From: Candidatus Bathyarchaeota archaeon
GTDB lineage: Archaea > Thermoproteota > Bathyarchaeia > Bathyarchaeales > Bathycorpusculaceae
Direction of reading: 5' to 3'
Assembly (NCBI GenBank): GCA_963717465.1
Contig: OY970340.1
Location: 544,001-608,000 of the forward strand
Length of the DNA: 64,000 bases
Under the pieces are notes generated by a model that saw nothing but the letters and a program-made list of their open reading frames with translations, was not told the DNA's origin and searched no databases. Positions 32,511-42,516 of the stretch are shown here, piece by piece. The first letter of the stretch is position 1; each line of letters begins with the position of its first letter. A program made the translations under genes and the position numbers.

Positions 32511-33173
32511 ATGACAAAAGCCAGAAAAAAGCAAAAAAGCCAAAATGGAACTGAAGATCCGAAACTCGACTTAAGTTCTAATATAAGCGAAATTGATATT
32601 CTGACTGAAGTTGGAAGCATAGGCGCTGGCAATGCATCAATTGCACTTTCAAGAATGATAAATGAACCTATTAAAATCGAAGTTCCAAGAATACATTTTG
32701 TATCACCACATGTCATCCCAAGAATTTACAATAAACACGATACAAATGTAATTGCGACTTTTATGCAGTTAAGAGGCAAAGCGGACTGCGACATTATGCT
32801 GATTTTTGAAGAAAAAGAAGCTGAAAAAATTGCTAGTTTAATGGCAAAGGGCGCATTGATAAATTCAAAAGCAATGAGAAATTCTGCTTTAGAAGAATTA
32901 GGTTCTATCATGATTGGTTCTTTCTTAAGTGCAATAGCGAATTTTACAGGTTTAGAACTAATTCCGACACCACCTCAAGTAATATTTGACGATTTTGACG
33001 CATCAATCGATGAACTAATTGCGAAACAAGCACTTTGTTCAGATGTTGCTGCAGTCTTTGATTCGCGATTTAGAAGAGAGAATAGTTCAGCTGAAGGATT
33101 GCTTATGATATTTCTAAGCAGAACAATTAGGCGAAAACTTGCTGAAAAAAGTAAAATATGGCTAGAGGTCTAA
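32511..33173 (+). CDS. cheC: Second CheC paralogue
   Basis: EVGSIGAGNASIALS and SALEELGSIMIGS repeats. Confidence 0.88.
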   Translation: MTKARKKQKSQNGTEDPKLDLSSNISEIDILTEVGSIGAGNASIALSRMINEPIKIEVPRIHFVSPHVIPRIYNKHDTNVIATFMQLRGKADCDIMLIFEEKEAEKIASLMAKGALINSKAMRNSALEELGSIMIGSFLSAIANFTGLELIPTPPQVIFDDFDASIDELIAKQALCSDVAAVFDSRFRRENSSAEGLLMIFLSRTIRRKLAEKSKIWLEV

Positions 33174-33191
33174 ATGAAATCAACAGGATGA

Positions 33192-34055
33192 ATGAATATA
33201 ATCGAACAGAAAATAGCCAATGATGATCTCTTGGAGAATATGGCTTTTGAGAGATTAAAAAAAATTCTTTCAGAGACTTTAGGAGTCCAATTTAGCGGTT
33301 ACCGGGATGAATATCTTAAAAGAAGAATAAGCATCAGATTAAGAGCAACAAACACGAACAAATATTTAAGCTACATTTCGTACATAAAGAAAAATCCTGA
33401 AGAAGTCGATAATTTGTTCAATGACTTAACAATTAACTATACAAGCTTTTTCAGAGACAGTGATGTATACAATTACTTAGAGAAAAAGATCTTTCCCAAG
33501 ATTTTTGAATCTGACTCTGTTAGAATATGGAGTGCTGGGTGCGCGTCAGGAGAAGAACCATACTCTTTAGCTATTTTAGTTAACAAGGCAATTGATTTGC
33601 AAGTAACGAGAAAAACGCCAAGTAATGCCATTATTTTTGCAACAGACGTAGACAAGGATGCTTTAGCAAAGGCATCGCTTGGCGAATACAAGAAAACTCA
33701 ACTTCAAACACTAGATGAGGCATCAATCGATAAATATTTCACTAAAGAAGGCGAAATTTATCGAGTAAAGGATTGCCTAAGGCGCTATGCAAAGTTTGAA
33801 AACGCAGATATAATGAAGCCTCCAGCACATACAAATTTAGATTTGATTCTATGCAGAAATGTAATGATTTATTTCTTAAAAGAAAGCCAGCAAGTGGTCC
33901 ACATGCATTTCTTTAACGCATTAAAAGAAGGAGGCTTCTTCGTGGGCGGCAAAGCTGAGATTTTAAGCGGGGAGCCAAGTCAAAAGTTCGTCCAGTATAA
34001 CGCGGAAACCAGAGTTTACATTAAGCCAAAAGCAAATAGCGTCCCTGCTGTGTAG
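33192..34055 (+). CDS. cheR: Chemotaxis methyltransferase CheR
   Basis: TINYTSFFRD, IWSAGCASGEEPYS, DLILCRNVMIYF. Confidence 0.95.
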   Translation: MNIIEQKIANDDLLENMAFERLKKILSETLGVQFSGYRDEYLKRRISIRLRATNTNKYLSYISYIKKNPEEVDNLFNDLTINYTSFFRDSDVYNYLEKKIFPKIFESDSVRIWSAGCASGEEPYSLAILVNKAIDLQVTRKTPSNAIIFATDVDKDALAKASLGEYKKTQLQTLDEASIDKYFTKEGEIYRVKDCLRRYAKFENADIMKPPAHTNLDLILCRNVMIYFLKESQQVVHMHFFNALKEGGFFVGGKAEILSGEPSQKFVQYNAETRVYIKPKANSVPAV

Positions 34056-34185
34056 AATGTTTTCAGGTTCTCTTGTCCTTCTTTTTTGCTTGTTTGTTTT
34101 CTTTTTTGTTTGTAATTAAAAACATGCACATACCCAAATAACGTTCTTAAAGGAAATTTCAAGTTGCACGATTATGTAAATTAGG

Positions 34186-36195
34186 GTGAAAATGCTCTTG
34201 TCGATTTCAGATAATGATCAATACAGACAAATATTTATCGAAGAGGCCAAGGAACATATAGAAACATTAACCAAGTCTTTGCTGGATTTAGAGAAAGATC
34301 CCGAAAACAAGGATGTTGTCAACATGCTATTTCGGTCAGCGCACACTCTAAAGGGATCTTCAGGAATGATGGGATTTAAGGATTTTCAAGAATTAACACA
34401 TTCGATGGAAGACATTTTTGATCATATGCGCGAAGGCGATAAACCAACAAGCGTTCTAATTAGCACTCTTCTAGAATGCGTCGATACACTTTCTGACAGG
34501 CTTGATAAAATTCAAAATAATACAGAAGGAGAAATAGATGTCGCTAGCATGAAGCAAAAATTACACAGTTCAGACCAGCCAAAACCAGATAAGGTTGAGA
34601 AAAAACAAGACCAAATTTCTTTGCCAAAGAATCTTGAATTAGACAACAGTGAAAAAGAAGCCTTAAAGAAAGCTGAAAGCTCAGGAGAACATGGCTACAA
34701 CGTTGAATTAAAATTCAGTAATGACTGCGCCTACAAGAATATCCGTGCAAACATGTTGCTATCTAGAATCGAGGAATTGGCAGAAATCATCAAAACAATT
34801 CCAAGCCAAAAAGAGTTCGATGAAAAAAACCTTGAAAACGGACTGAAAATTGCAATTACAACCAAGTCAAGCGAAAAAGAAATTGAAAACTGCGCTCGGC
34901 AAGTTTTAGAAGTCGAAAACGTTAACGTGACAACATTAGAGACTAGCATCTCAAAAGAAACCAAACAGCCAGTTGCTCAATCGGTTGTGCAACAAGCAGA
35001 AGACTTGAGAATAGTAAATGAGGTACGTTCAGCCCAAACCGTTAGAGTCAAGTTCGAACAACTGGATAAACTGATGAATTGGGTCGGAGAACTAGTAATC
35101 AACAAGATAGCTTTGCTTCAGGTAACAGCTGATAATAGAAGTGAAGCGTTAAAGCGGATTACTGAAAACATCGATCGGCTAACATCGGATTTGCAGGATC
35201 TTGTAATGCAAGTGCGAATGGTGCCTGTGAGCCAAATATTTGATAGGTTTCCAAGAATGGTTAGAGATTTGGCACTTGCAAGCGGAAAGCAAATCGAGTT
35301 AATAATGGAAGGAAAAGAAATAGAAGTTGACAGAACTGTACTAGACGAGATCGGTGAGCCACTTATTCACTTATTGAGAAACAGCATAGATCATGGAATT
35401 GAATCAGTTGATGAAAGAAAAAAATTGAATAAAGATCCAAAGGGCAAGATTAAACTGTCTGCGCTTCGTAACGGCGACACTGTGATTATTCATGTTGAAG
35501 ATGATGGTGCGGGAATAGATCCAGAAAAACTTAAGGCTGCAGCCATTAGAAAGGGCTTTTCAACAGAAGCTGAACTTGCGAAAATGAGTAGAGAACAAAT
35601 AATAAACATGATTTTCCTGCCTGGTTTTTCAACAGCTAAACAAGTCACGGAAACAAGCGGTAGAGGTGTAGGCATGGATGTGGTGAGAACCAAGATTACG
35701 GCTTTAGGTGGATCGGTTCATTTTGAAACTCAGGTTGGAAAAGGAACAAAAACAATAATAAAATTGCCTCTTACCTTAGCGATTATTCAAGCTATTTTGG
35801 TAAAGGATTCTGGTCAAACATTCGCTATCCCTACTAGTCAAGTTTCAGAGATTGTGCGAGCAAAGAAAAACGAAGTAAAGTCCCTGGGCAAAAAAGAAGC
35901 TATCATTGTCAGGGATAAGGTTATTCCAGTCGTCCACTTGCATAAACTTCTCGGTTTCAGAGGAGAAGAAGAAGAGGAATTTGAACTGCTAATATCTTAT
36001 ATCGGTGACGAAGAAACAAAACTGGGAATAGTGGTAGACTCAGTAATAAGGCAACAGGACATTCTAATTAAGACTTTAAGCGATGCATTATCCGGAATTA
36101 AAGGCATCAGCGGCGCAACTATATTGGGTGACGGACAAGTGGTTTTAGTGTTGGATGTTGCACAGTTCACCAACCGGCATCGTAAAGGAAGCTAA
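34186..36195 (+). CDS. cheA: Chemotaxis histidine kinase CheA
   Basis: HPt FRSAHTLKG, P2 domain, HLLRNSIDHG, DDGAG, FLPGFST, SGRGVGMDVV, C-terminal CheW-like domain. Confidence 0.96.
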   Translation: MKMLLSISDNDQYRQIFIEEAKEHIETLTKSLLDLEKDPENKDVVNMLFRSAHTLKGSSGMMGFKDFQELTHSMEDIFDHMREGDKPTSVLISTLLECVDTLSDRLDKIQNNTEGEIDVASMKQKLHSSDQPKPDKVEKKQDQISLPKNLELDNSEKEALKKAESSGEHGYNVELKFSNDCAYKNIRANMLLSRIEELAEIIKTIPSQKEFDEKNLENGLKIAITTKSSEKEIENCARQVLEVENVNVTTLETSISKETKQPVAQSVVQQAEDLRIVNEVRSAQTVRVKFEQLDKLMNWVGELVINKIALLQVTADNRSEALKRITENIDRLTSDLQDLVMQVRMVPVSQIFDRFPRMVRDLALASGKQIELIMEGKEIEVDRTVLDEIGEPLIHLLRNSIDHGIESVDERKKLNKDPKGKIKLSALRNGDTVIIHVEDDGAGIDPEKLKAAAIRKGFSTEAELAKMSREQIINMIFLPGFSTAKQVTETSGRGVGMDVVRTKITALGGSVHFETQVGKGTKTIIKLPLTLAIIQAILVKDSGQTFAIPTSQVSEIVRAKKNEVKSLGKKEAIIVRDKVIPVVHLHKLLGFRGEEEEEFELLISYIGDEETKLGIVVDSVIRQQDILIKTLSDALSGIKGISGATILGDGQVVLVLDVAQFTNRHRKGS

Positions 36196-36330
36196 ACCGT
36201 AAAAAAAGCTAAGCTTCAGTTCTTCTTTTATTTTCTAGATTTTTATGCAATCAAAGTAAGACATATTCCTTAGTCGGAAGAGCATTTAATTGTAATAGCG
36301 TATTTTCCAGAGTGAAAGGCGCGTGGATTT

Positions 36331-36699
36331 ATGACAGAACACACCGAATTAAAATCAGACAATGCTCGAAATGTAATATTAAGTTACGGCGAGACGGTCT
36401 ATTTTGTTAGTAAAGTTAATGTTAAGTTCCAAGAAGGCTTCGAGAAACTTAAAGCCGTTTTTCACGCGAGAAGAGCAGCAGACAATCAAGTTCAAGATTT
36501 AGAAGTTGAAATAAGCCAGGAAACTTATAATTTGCTGATTGAGTACACGAAACTGAATAAATTGGACTTAATTCTTGTTATAAGCATTGAAGGCAACGAA
36601 TCCAAATGGTGCCTTTTAAGTGAAAATTGGCTAAGAAACCAATCAGGCCTCAATTTTTCAGACACAGAATCATGTAGCAAAACAAGATATATCGTCTAA
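36331..36699 (+). CDS. Hypothetical protein inside the che cluster
   Basis: 122-aa ORF between cheA and cheW on the same strand. Confidence 0.6.
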   Translation: MTEHTELKSDNARNVILSYGETVYFVSKVNVKFQEGFEKLKAVFHARRAADNQVQDLEVEISQETYNLLIEYTKLNKLDLILVISIEGNESKWCLLSENWLRNQSGLNFSDTESCSKTRYIV

Positions 36700-36837
36700 T
36701 TCTTTAATCTACTTCTAATTCTTTGATCCATTTCAAATTTTTGATCTACAATATTTACTCTACATACGTAACATCAATTCATAAGCATCAAATATCTAAT
36801 CGTGATACGAATTGTCAAAGCACCAGGAGACTAATAC

Positions 36838-37350
36838 ATGGTTGACATGGATAAGAAAACATTAAGAGAAGAAATCCAAATGTTGACATTCTCAGTCAGC
36901 AAGGTCTTTTACGGAGTTAATGTTCAGCAAGTACGTGAAGTAAAGAATTTCGAAGGTGTAACACCCGTGCCTTATGCACCTAGTTACGTTAAGGGAGTCA
37001 CAAATCTTCGTGGAGAAGTCATTCCCGTAATCGACCTTAAGAAACGCTTTGGAATGGCCACTCAAGAAGGAGTTGACGAAGCAGGCATAATGATAATAGT
37101 TCAAGGTAAACATCCGGTAGGAGTAATGGTTGACTCAGTTCTTGAAGTACTAACGCTTCCAAAGGATGATATAGAAACAAACCCTGACAGTTTAATCGTT
37201 GATAAATCAGAATCCATAATCGGCGTTGCCAAACACAACAATGAACTGATACTATTGCTTGACCTTGCCAAAATCGTATCTAAAAACATTGAAAAAGACG
37301 ATGGAAAGGGATTTCAAATTCAAGTTGAAAACGCACCCATTAAACAATAA
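36838..37350 (+). CDS. cheW: Chemotaxis adaptor CheW
   Basis: VPYAPSYVKGVTNLRGEVIPVIDL, GVMVDSV. Confidence 0.95.
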   Translation: MVDMDKKTLREEIQMLTFSVSKVFYGVNVQQVREVKNFEGVTPVPYAPSYVKGVTNLRGEVIPVIDLKKRFGMATQEGVDEAGIMIIVQGKHPVGVMVDSVLEVLTLPKDDIETNPDSLIVDKSESIIGVAKHNNELILLLDLAKIVSKNIEKDDGKGFQIQVENAPIKQ

Positions 37351-37371
37351 TCAATCTTTTCGAGGTTTGCT

Positions 37372-38388
37372 ATGGGGCAAATCAAAGTTCTTGTTGTTGA
37401 CGATTCAATACTAGTGCAAAAAGTAATTTGTGATATTTTTAAAAAGGATCAATCAATATCCGTAATTGGAATCGCCAAGAATGGCGAGGAGGCACTTCAG
37501 AAGATTGCAGAGTTGCATCCTGATGTCGTGACAATGGATATAGAAATGCCAAAGATGGATGGATTAACCGCTGTTCAAAAAATCATGGATGCAAACCCCC
37601 TTCCAATTTTAATGGTTAGCGCTCTGACACAGAGAGAAACGAAAATTACATTCAAGGCTTTAGAGTTTGGCGCGGTAGATTTTATACCTAAACCTTCAGG
37701 TTCATTTTTGCTTGATGGGGAAAGTATTGAAGAAGAATTACTCTCAAAAGTTAAAACAGCCGCTGCCGCAGACGTGAAGAGAATCAAGCGTCCAACGATT
37801 GAGAGAGTTTTGCCTCACAGAAAATTCAAGGACAAAGTGATACTAATCGCTGCGTCAACAGGTGGGCCACCTGCCGTAAATCATGTGCTTAAGAACCTTC
37901 CTAATGACATGCCACCTATTTTGGTCGTTCAACATATGCCTAAAGAGATAACTAGGCTTTTCGCTCAAGGCTTGAACGAGAGATGCAAATTCCAAGTTAA
38001 AGAAGCAGAGGAAGGCGATACTGTTCATGCAGGTCTTGCTTTAATTGCACCAGGCGGGTTTCACATGGTCATCACCGGCGATGGCAAAGTCAGCCTAAAT
38101 GAAGACCCAAAAGTAAATTTTGTCCGTCCATCGGCTGACATCATGATGTTTTCAGCCGCGAGTGTTTTTGGTGCTAAAAACGTTGGCGTTATACTCACAG
38201 GTATAGGCTCTGATGGAGCGAATGGAGTAAAAGTCATAAAAGAGAAAGGCGGAACAACAATTGCGCAAAACCAAGAGACCAGCCTTGTATTCGGTATGCC
38301 CAAAATGGCTATAGAGACTGGTTGCGTTGATGTTGTTGCTCCTTTGGAGCGCATTCCAGAAGCGATAATCAGTGCATGTGAAGAATAA
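37372..38388 (+). CDS. cheB: Chemotaxis methylesterase CheB
   Basis: Receiver domain (VDDS, MDIEMP) plus ASTGG, QHMP, RPSAD, TGIGSDG. Confidence 0.95.
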   Translation: MGQIKVLVVDDSILVQKVICDIFKKDQSISVIGIAKNGEEALQKIAELHPDVVTMDIEMPKMDGLTAVQKIMDANPLPILMVSALTQRETKITFKALEFGAVDFIPKPSGSFLLDGESIEEELLSKVKTAAAADVKRIKRPTIERVLPHRKFKDKVILIAASTGGPPAVNHVLKNLPNDMPPILVVQHMPKEITRLFAQGLNERCKFQVKEAEEGDTVHAGLALIAPGGFHMVITGDGKVSLNEDPKVNFVRPSADIMMFSAASVFGAKNVGVILTGIGSDGANGVKVIKEKGGTTIAQNQETSLVFGMPKMAIETGCVDVVAPLERIPEAIISACEE

Positions 38389-38513
38389 GGATTTGAGCCC
38401 TAACTTCATTTGCTAGTTGCTTATCTCGAATTAGAAGCTTGTTTTCAAATATTGATTGTCAAGCGTTTGTAGTTAATGTAATGGACAAATGCTATTATCC
38501 ATAAAAAAACTCT

Positions 38514-39113
38514 TTGATGTCAGGATGGAGTAGCATAACGGTGTATTGCATGGGGACAGAGATTAGAACATTTAATGCACTTAAAGAAATATCAGATTAT
38601 TTAATAGATCAATTAACCCAGTATAGATCATCGTATGATGATTATAGTGAATGGCTGGGCACATTGCTTAGGAGTTGCGAGGAGACTAGTAAAAATGAGG
38701 ATTGGTATCAAAAGTCAGCTGCAGCACAGAAAAGTACGCGGTCTCCACCAAAGAAAGCGCCTGAATCAAAGTCCGCTGACAAAAAGGGAACAAAGAAGGG
38801 TGAATCTTCAATTTGGATTCCGTCGGGAACAATACTTATTTCATCGACAGAACAAGGGCAAGCAGAAATTTTGTTTGAAGCAGTTGAAAAGATCGGGGTT
38901 AAGCTTCAAGAGATAGAGAAATTTAAGGCGTCTCTTCAGCAGCTTGAACGTGTGGGTTTAGGAAAGAACGTTAATTATGTTCTTTACATTGAGGATGATG
39001 TTCCTAAGAAAATGGTTACCCGCTCAAAGAACGACATGAACACTGAGGAAGCGTTCAAATTTGAAACTGAGTTTTCCACTCCAGCTTTTTACAGTGATTT
39101 TCCTATCAAATAG
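38514..39113 (+). CDS. Hypothetical coiled-coil protein; probable start ATG near 38550
   Basis: 199-aa ORF after cheB; two helical regions around a Lys-rich linker. Confidence 0.7.
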   Translation: MMSGWSSITVYCMGTEIRTFNALKEISDYLIDQLTQYRSSYDDYSEWLGTLLRSCEETSKNEDWYQKSAAAQKSTRSPPKKAPESKSADKKGTKKGESSIWIPSGTILISSTEQGQAEILFEAVEKIGVKLQEIEKFKASLQQLERVGLGKNVNYVLYIEDDVPKKMVTRSKNDMNTEEAFKFETEFSTPAFYSDFPIK

Positions 39114-39193
39114 AAAAATTGTAGCAAAAAACCTTGTTGGGTCATCTACAAGGTTAAATATGAAAAAGTTGAATAATAGACACAGCAGGGTGA

Positions 39194-39733
39194 CCAATTA
39201 TCTGCCCAAAGTATGCTGTTTCGGGCGTAACAGTTTCAATAAGAATTGACAGTATTCAAGCTGAAAGAACAAGTCAATTATTCCCTACTGCAGACCTATT
39301 TTTTGATGTTAATGCTAAACTTGAAGAAAACAAGAAAGGCACCAATCAAGTTGCCCTCAGCTTCAACCTGCTGATATCTACTAAGCCCAACATTGTCAAG
39401 TACACAACAATCGGAACTGTTAACTTAGATGGACCAGCAGAAGAAATTAAAAAGAAACTTGAGCCAAACCCGAAAACAAAAATTCCACAAATCCTATTTA
39501 CAGTTTACCAACTTGTTTTTAACCCAATCTACATGCTAGCAGGAGTCCTAAACACCCCTTATCCACCGCCTGACTTACTCCATTCAATGTCTGAGAAAAT
39601 CAAAATTTTGCCAGCCACCGAAGAGCAACCTTCTCAACCAAAAAAAGAAGCCACTCCTCCCCCAGCACAACCAAAAACAGAAGCAACTCCTGCACCAACA
39701 GCAGAAAACAAAGAAACACCTAAGGCAACATAA
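39194..39733 (+). CDS. Hypothetical protein, possibly SecB-like fold, with Pro/Ala/Thr/Glu tail (only its 3' third is in the ORF track)
   Basis: Stop-free frame from 39194 to 39733: AVSGVTVSIRIDSIQAER...FDVNAKLEE...LSFNLLISTKPNIVKY...IPQILFTVYQLVFNPIYMLAGVLNTPYPPP. SD-like GGGTGA just upstream. Confidence 0.7.
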   Translation, partial: PIICPKYAVSGVTVSIRIDSIQAERTSQLFPTADLFFDVNAKLEENKKGTNQVALSFNLLISTKPNIVKYTTIGTVNLDGPAEEIKKKLEPNPKTKIPQILFTVYQLVFNPIYMLAGVLNTPYPPPDLLHSMSEKIKILPATEEQPSQPKKEATPPPAQPKTEATPAPTAENKETPKAT

Positions 39734-39842
39734 ACGAAGAAAGGATAACTGTAACATAAAAATTAATTGAAAATAAAATCTCCAGCAAGGTCTACAGCCG
39801 ACCTCTAATGTTTTTTTTAGCAAATAGAAAGGGGAATGGGGT

Positions 39843-41267
39843 TTATGGTTGCCATTTATCGATTAGATATTTGGGTATATCTGAAGAGTCTCGTGGGCCA
39901 ACTTGAACTGTCCATCCGCTTAATTCTTCTATTTCACCGCTGAGTTTCGACGCCTTGCCGGGAATAATTATTTTCCTGTGCTTAACTTTGTTTTCGACTC
40001 CTGATGATTTAATTGCGTCAGCAACTCTATCTGCAGTCAATTTTCGTCCTGCAACTCCACTATCGATGGCTGAGCCTCCGGTATCAACAACTATTAAGTA
40101 AGCGTTTAATTTGCCGCTTTCTATGTCAGAGGCTACTGTATAGTACGTCATTGCAAAGTTAGAAGTGAAAAACACGGGCGAGTTTTCATTTGGAATACCG
40201 AACACTTTAAGGCCTGGAGCAACAGCCACGGGTTTACGTGGATCCGTGTAAATGTTCTGCCTTAGCACCGTAACTGGTAGAAGGGACCAGCCGTCTAAAC
40301 TATGCATCACAAGAATGTCAGAGTATCGAAGAATAAGCATTGAAGCAAGGTGCGATTCGCGCCACTTAACTATGTCTTCTGCTGTTTCACCTTTGTCCAG
40401 CCAAGCAACCATGGGAACACCCATCAGAGGATAGCCGGCAAGTTCTTCGCCTTCTTTGCATGCAGCTCTACGCAACATTGTAAAGTTGTTTAGTGTATCG
40501 GCGATACCTTCATTTGTGAAAGTACCTGGATCTAGCACTATGTCCTTTAAACCATAAGCAACCAATGTTTTAACTAGTGAAAGCAAAGCTGTAAGATCGT
40601 TCGGCGCCGAAGCTACCAATGGGCAATTGTACATTAAGGCGAGTTCAGCCATATCTTTCCAGTTTTCACTGGTCGCAGCATAAAGAAGTGGTCTCGCGTT
40701 AAGCGCCGCTGTAAGTCCAGCTTCAGCAATGTTAGGGCTAAAAGTGCATAAAATGATTGGCAGATTAGTGGTTTCAGAAACCCGTTTGACGGCTTGCTTA
40801 AATTTTTCAGCGTCGCCTGAAGTGCATCTGATAGCTATCATGTCCAGTTTTAAGGTGTTACCGATGTATTCGAAACTGTAGTTTTCTACTCGTCTAATTC
40901 TAGAAACGAGTTCTTTTTCAGAGATTTCATCTGTCACGTCAATTGCAATTGCTGTAGGGTTAAAGTATGCAAATTCATGGCGGTACATGACAAGTTTGCC
41001 GCCGATTCTTTTTGCATTTTCGCCCACCCCGACAACTATTTCTCTGACTGGAGGGCTTAGCATTTCTTTAAGTTGATTGTAAGCTTTCTCGTTCTCCCTC
41101 CTTAGAAGCGGTGGACATGATTCAAGTGTTGCTTCGCGGTTGACGATTTTTGTTGAAAATGCCATGCAGTTTTGGAGACCGCATTCTTTGCAGTTCATTT
41201 TAGGCAAGAGTTTATAGATTTCTATCGGACTTAGTTCTTTTATGCCTGCTTTCTTTTTTCCACTCAT
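39843..41267 (-). CDS. cdhE: ACDS complex gamma subunit (corrinoid Fe-S protein, large)
   Basis: LPKMNCKECGLQNCMAF...CP, IYTDPRKP, TSNFAMTYY, VGPRDS. Confidence 0.95.
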   Translation of the reverse strand: MSGKKKAGIKELSPIEIYKLLPKMNCKECGLQNCMAFSTKIVNREATLESCPPLLRRENEKAYNQLKEMLSPPVREIVVGVGENAKRIGGKLVMYRHEFAYFNPTAIAIDVTDEISEKELVSRIRRVENYSFEYIGNTLKLDMIAIRCTSGDAEKFKQAVKRVSETTNLPIILCTFSPNIAEAGLTAALNARPLLYAATSENWKDMAELALMYNCPLVASAPNDLTALLSLVKTLVAYGLKDIVLDPGTFTNEGIADTLNNFTMLRRAACKEGEELAGYPLMGVPMVAWLDKGETAEDIVKWRESHLASMLILRYSDILVMHSLDGWSLLPVTVLRQNIYTDPRKPVAVAPGLKVFGIPNENSPVFFTSNFAMTYYTVASDIESGKLNAYLIVVDTGGSAIDSGVAGRKLTADRVADAIKSSGVENKVKHRKIIIPGKASKLSGEIEELSGWTVQVGPRDSSDIPKYLIDKWQP

Positions 41268-41282
41268 ACCAATTGCCTCTCT

Positions 41283-42516
41283 TTAAGTCTTAGCTGTAAC
41301 CCAATTAGGAAACTTTGAAGGTTCAGCTTTTTGACCGCTAACCAGATTGTTAATGATGTCCTTCATGGTTTTTACCGCAGCAGGATGTGCCATCATGAAC
41401 AAGTCAACTCCTGCCAACAAAAGAGTTAAAGCAGTAGTTAGTTCCCACAAGGGACCTCTAAGTTCACGTGGTTCCCACTCAACAGGCATTTTAAGCCAAG
41501 CTTCACGTGCCGCCCACGCATTCGTTGTACCAGAAGACATTGGATGTGCCAATTCAGAGTCACCCATCAAGGCTCCGAGCCTGGCGTGCTCCATATTAGT
41601 GAAAGAGTATTCTAAACCGTATCCTAAGGCTGCAGTAGTCAAATCCATAACGATGTCATCTCTGCCTAGGAAATCGTACAGGCGACGATTAAGTTCCCGT
41701 CCTAAGTTCAAGTCCATCGGGGAAAAAGCCAGCGCTGCATGGCCCGTTTTTTTAACGCATTTTGCGACTCTTTCAATATCCATGTCGCCAGTGATTGAAC
41801 TAATTAGAAAGCGTTCTCCTTGGAAAGCGTTACATACTGCTTCGAATACCTCTGCGTCTTTAGCTGAGTCACCGCAGCCGCCGATTACAAGGGGCACATC
41901 AACTGCTTGCAAGACTTTTTCAACTGTTTTAACAGCATCCTGTGGTTTAGTATCTTTAAGCAGCGGGTCAATGCTGATTAAGTGGATGGTAACCATGTCA
42001 GCACCAAATTTTTCAACTGCAAGTTTTGCCCAAGCTGCAGGGTCGCCGATCACTTCACTAACGTGCATTTTAACAGCTTTTGAAAGGGGAACTTCCATGT
42101 CAAAAACGTCAAGAGTTATAACTGGCTTGTGAGCTGTTGGCTGCTCAAAAGTGTAGAAAGCAGGAGAAGTCTCTCCGCCAATTATTATTGAGCTGCGTCG
42201 TGTTCCACCCTCGCTTTTTGTCGCGCCCAGTTTTACCTCAGCAATTCTTACTAGTGTAGGCACCCATTGGTGGCGAAAATGGTGCGGGTAAGATTGCGGT
42301 TGGCTTGCCACCCTTGATGCCTGGAAGCTTAATTTTGGGAATTAATTGACCAGTTGCCGATGGTTCGAAGACTATTTGCAACTCTTTTAAGTCCATCTGA
42401 AAGTCTTCAAGTTCAAGTTGCTGAGACTTAGCAAGCGCGTCTAATATGTCGCTGAGGTTTAGCCCTTCATTAGACGTTTTCTTTTTGTCAACCTCGCTAT
42501 TTGCCAAAAAGATCAC
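41283..42516 (-). CDS. cdhD: ACDS complex delta subunit (frameshift near 42250)
   Basis: EVKLGATKSEGGTR, LVIGGCG, ALGYGLEYS, NAWAAREAW, RGPLWE; N-terminus in ORF 42238-42516. Confidence 0.93.

Noticed and set aside
41347..42132. Long antisense ORFs (also 15693-16313, 1151-1534, 54761-55189) and the off-frame ORF 56011-56625
   Set aside because: Shadows of well-supported genes, with no independent motifs.
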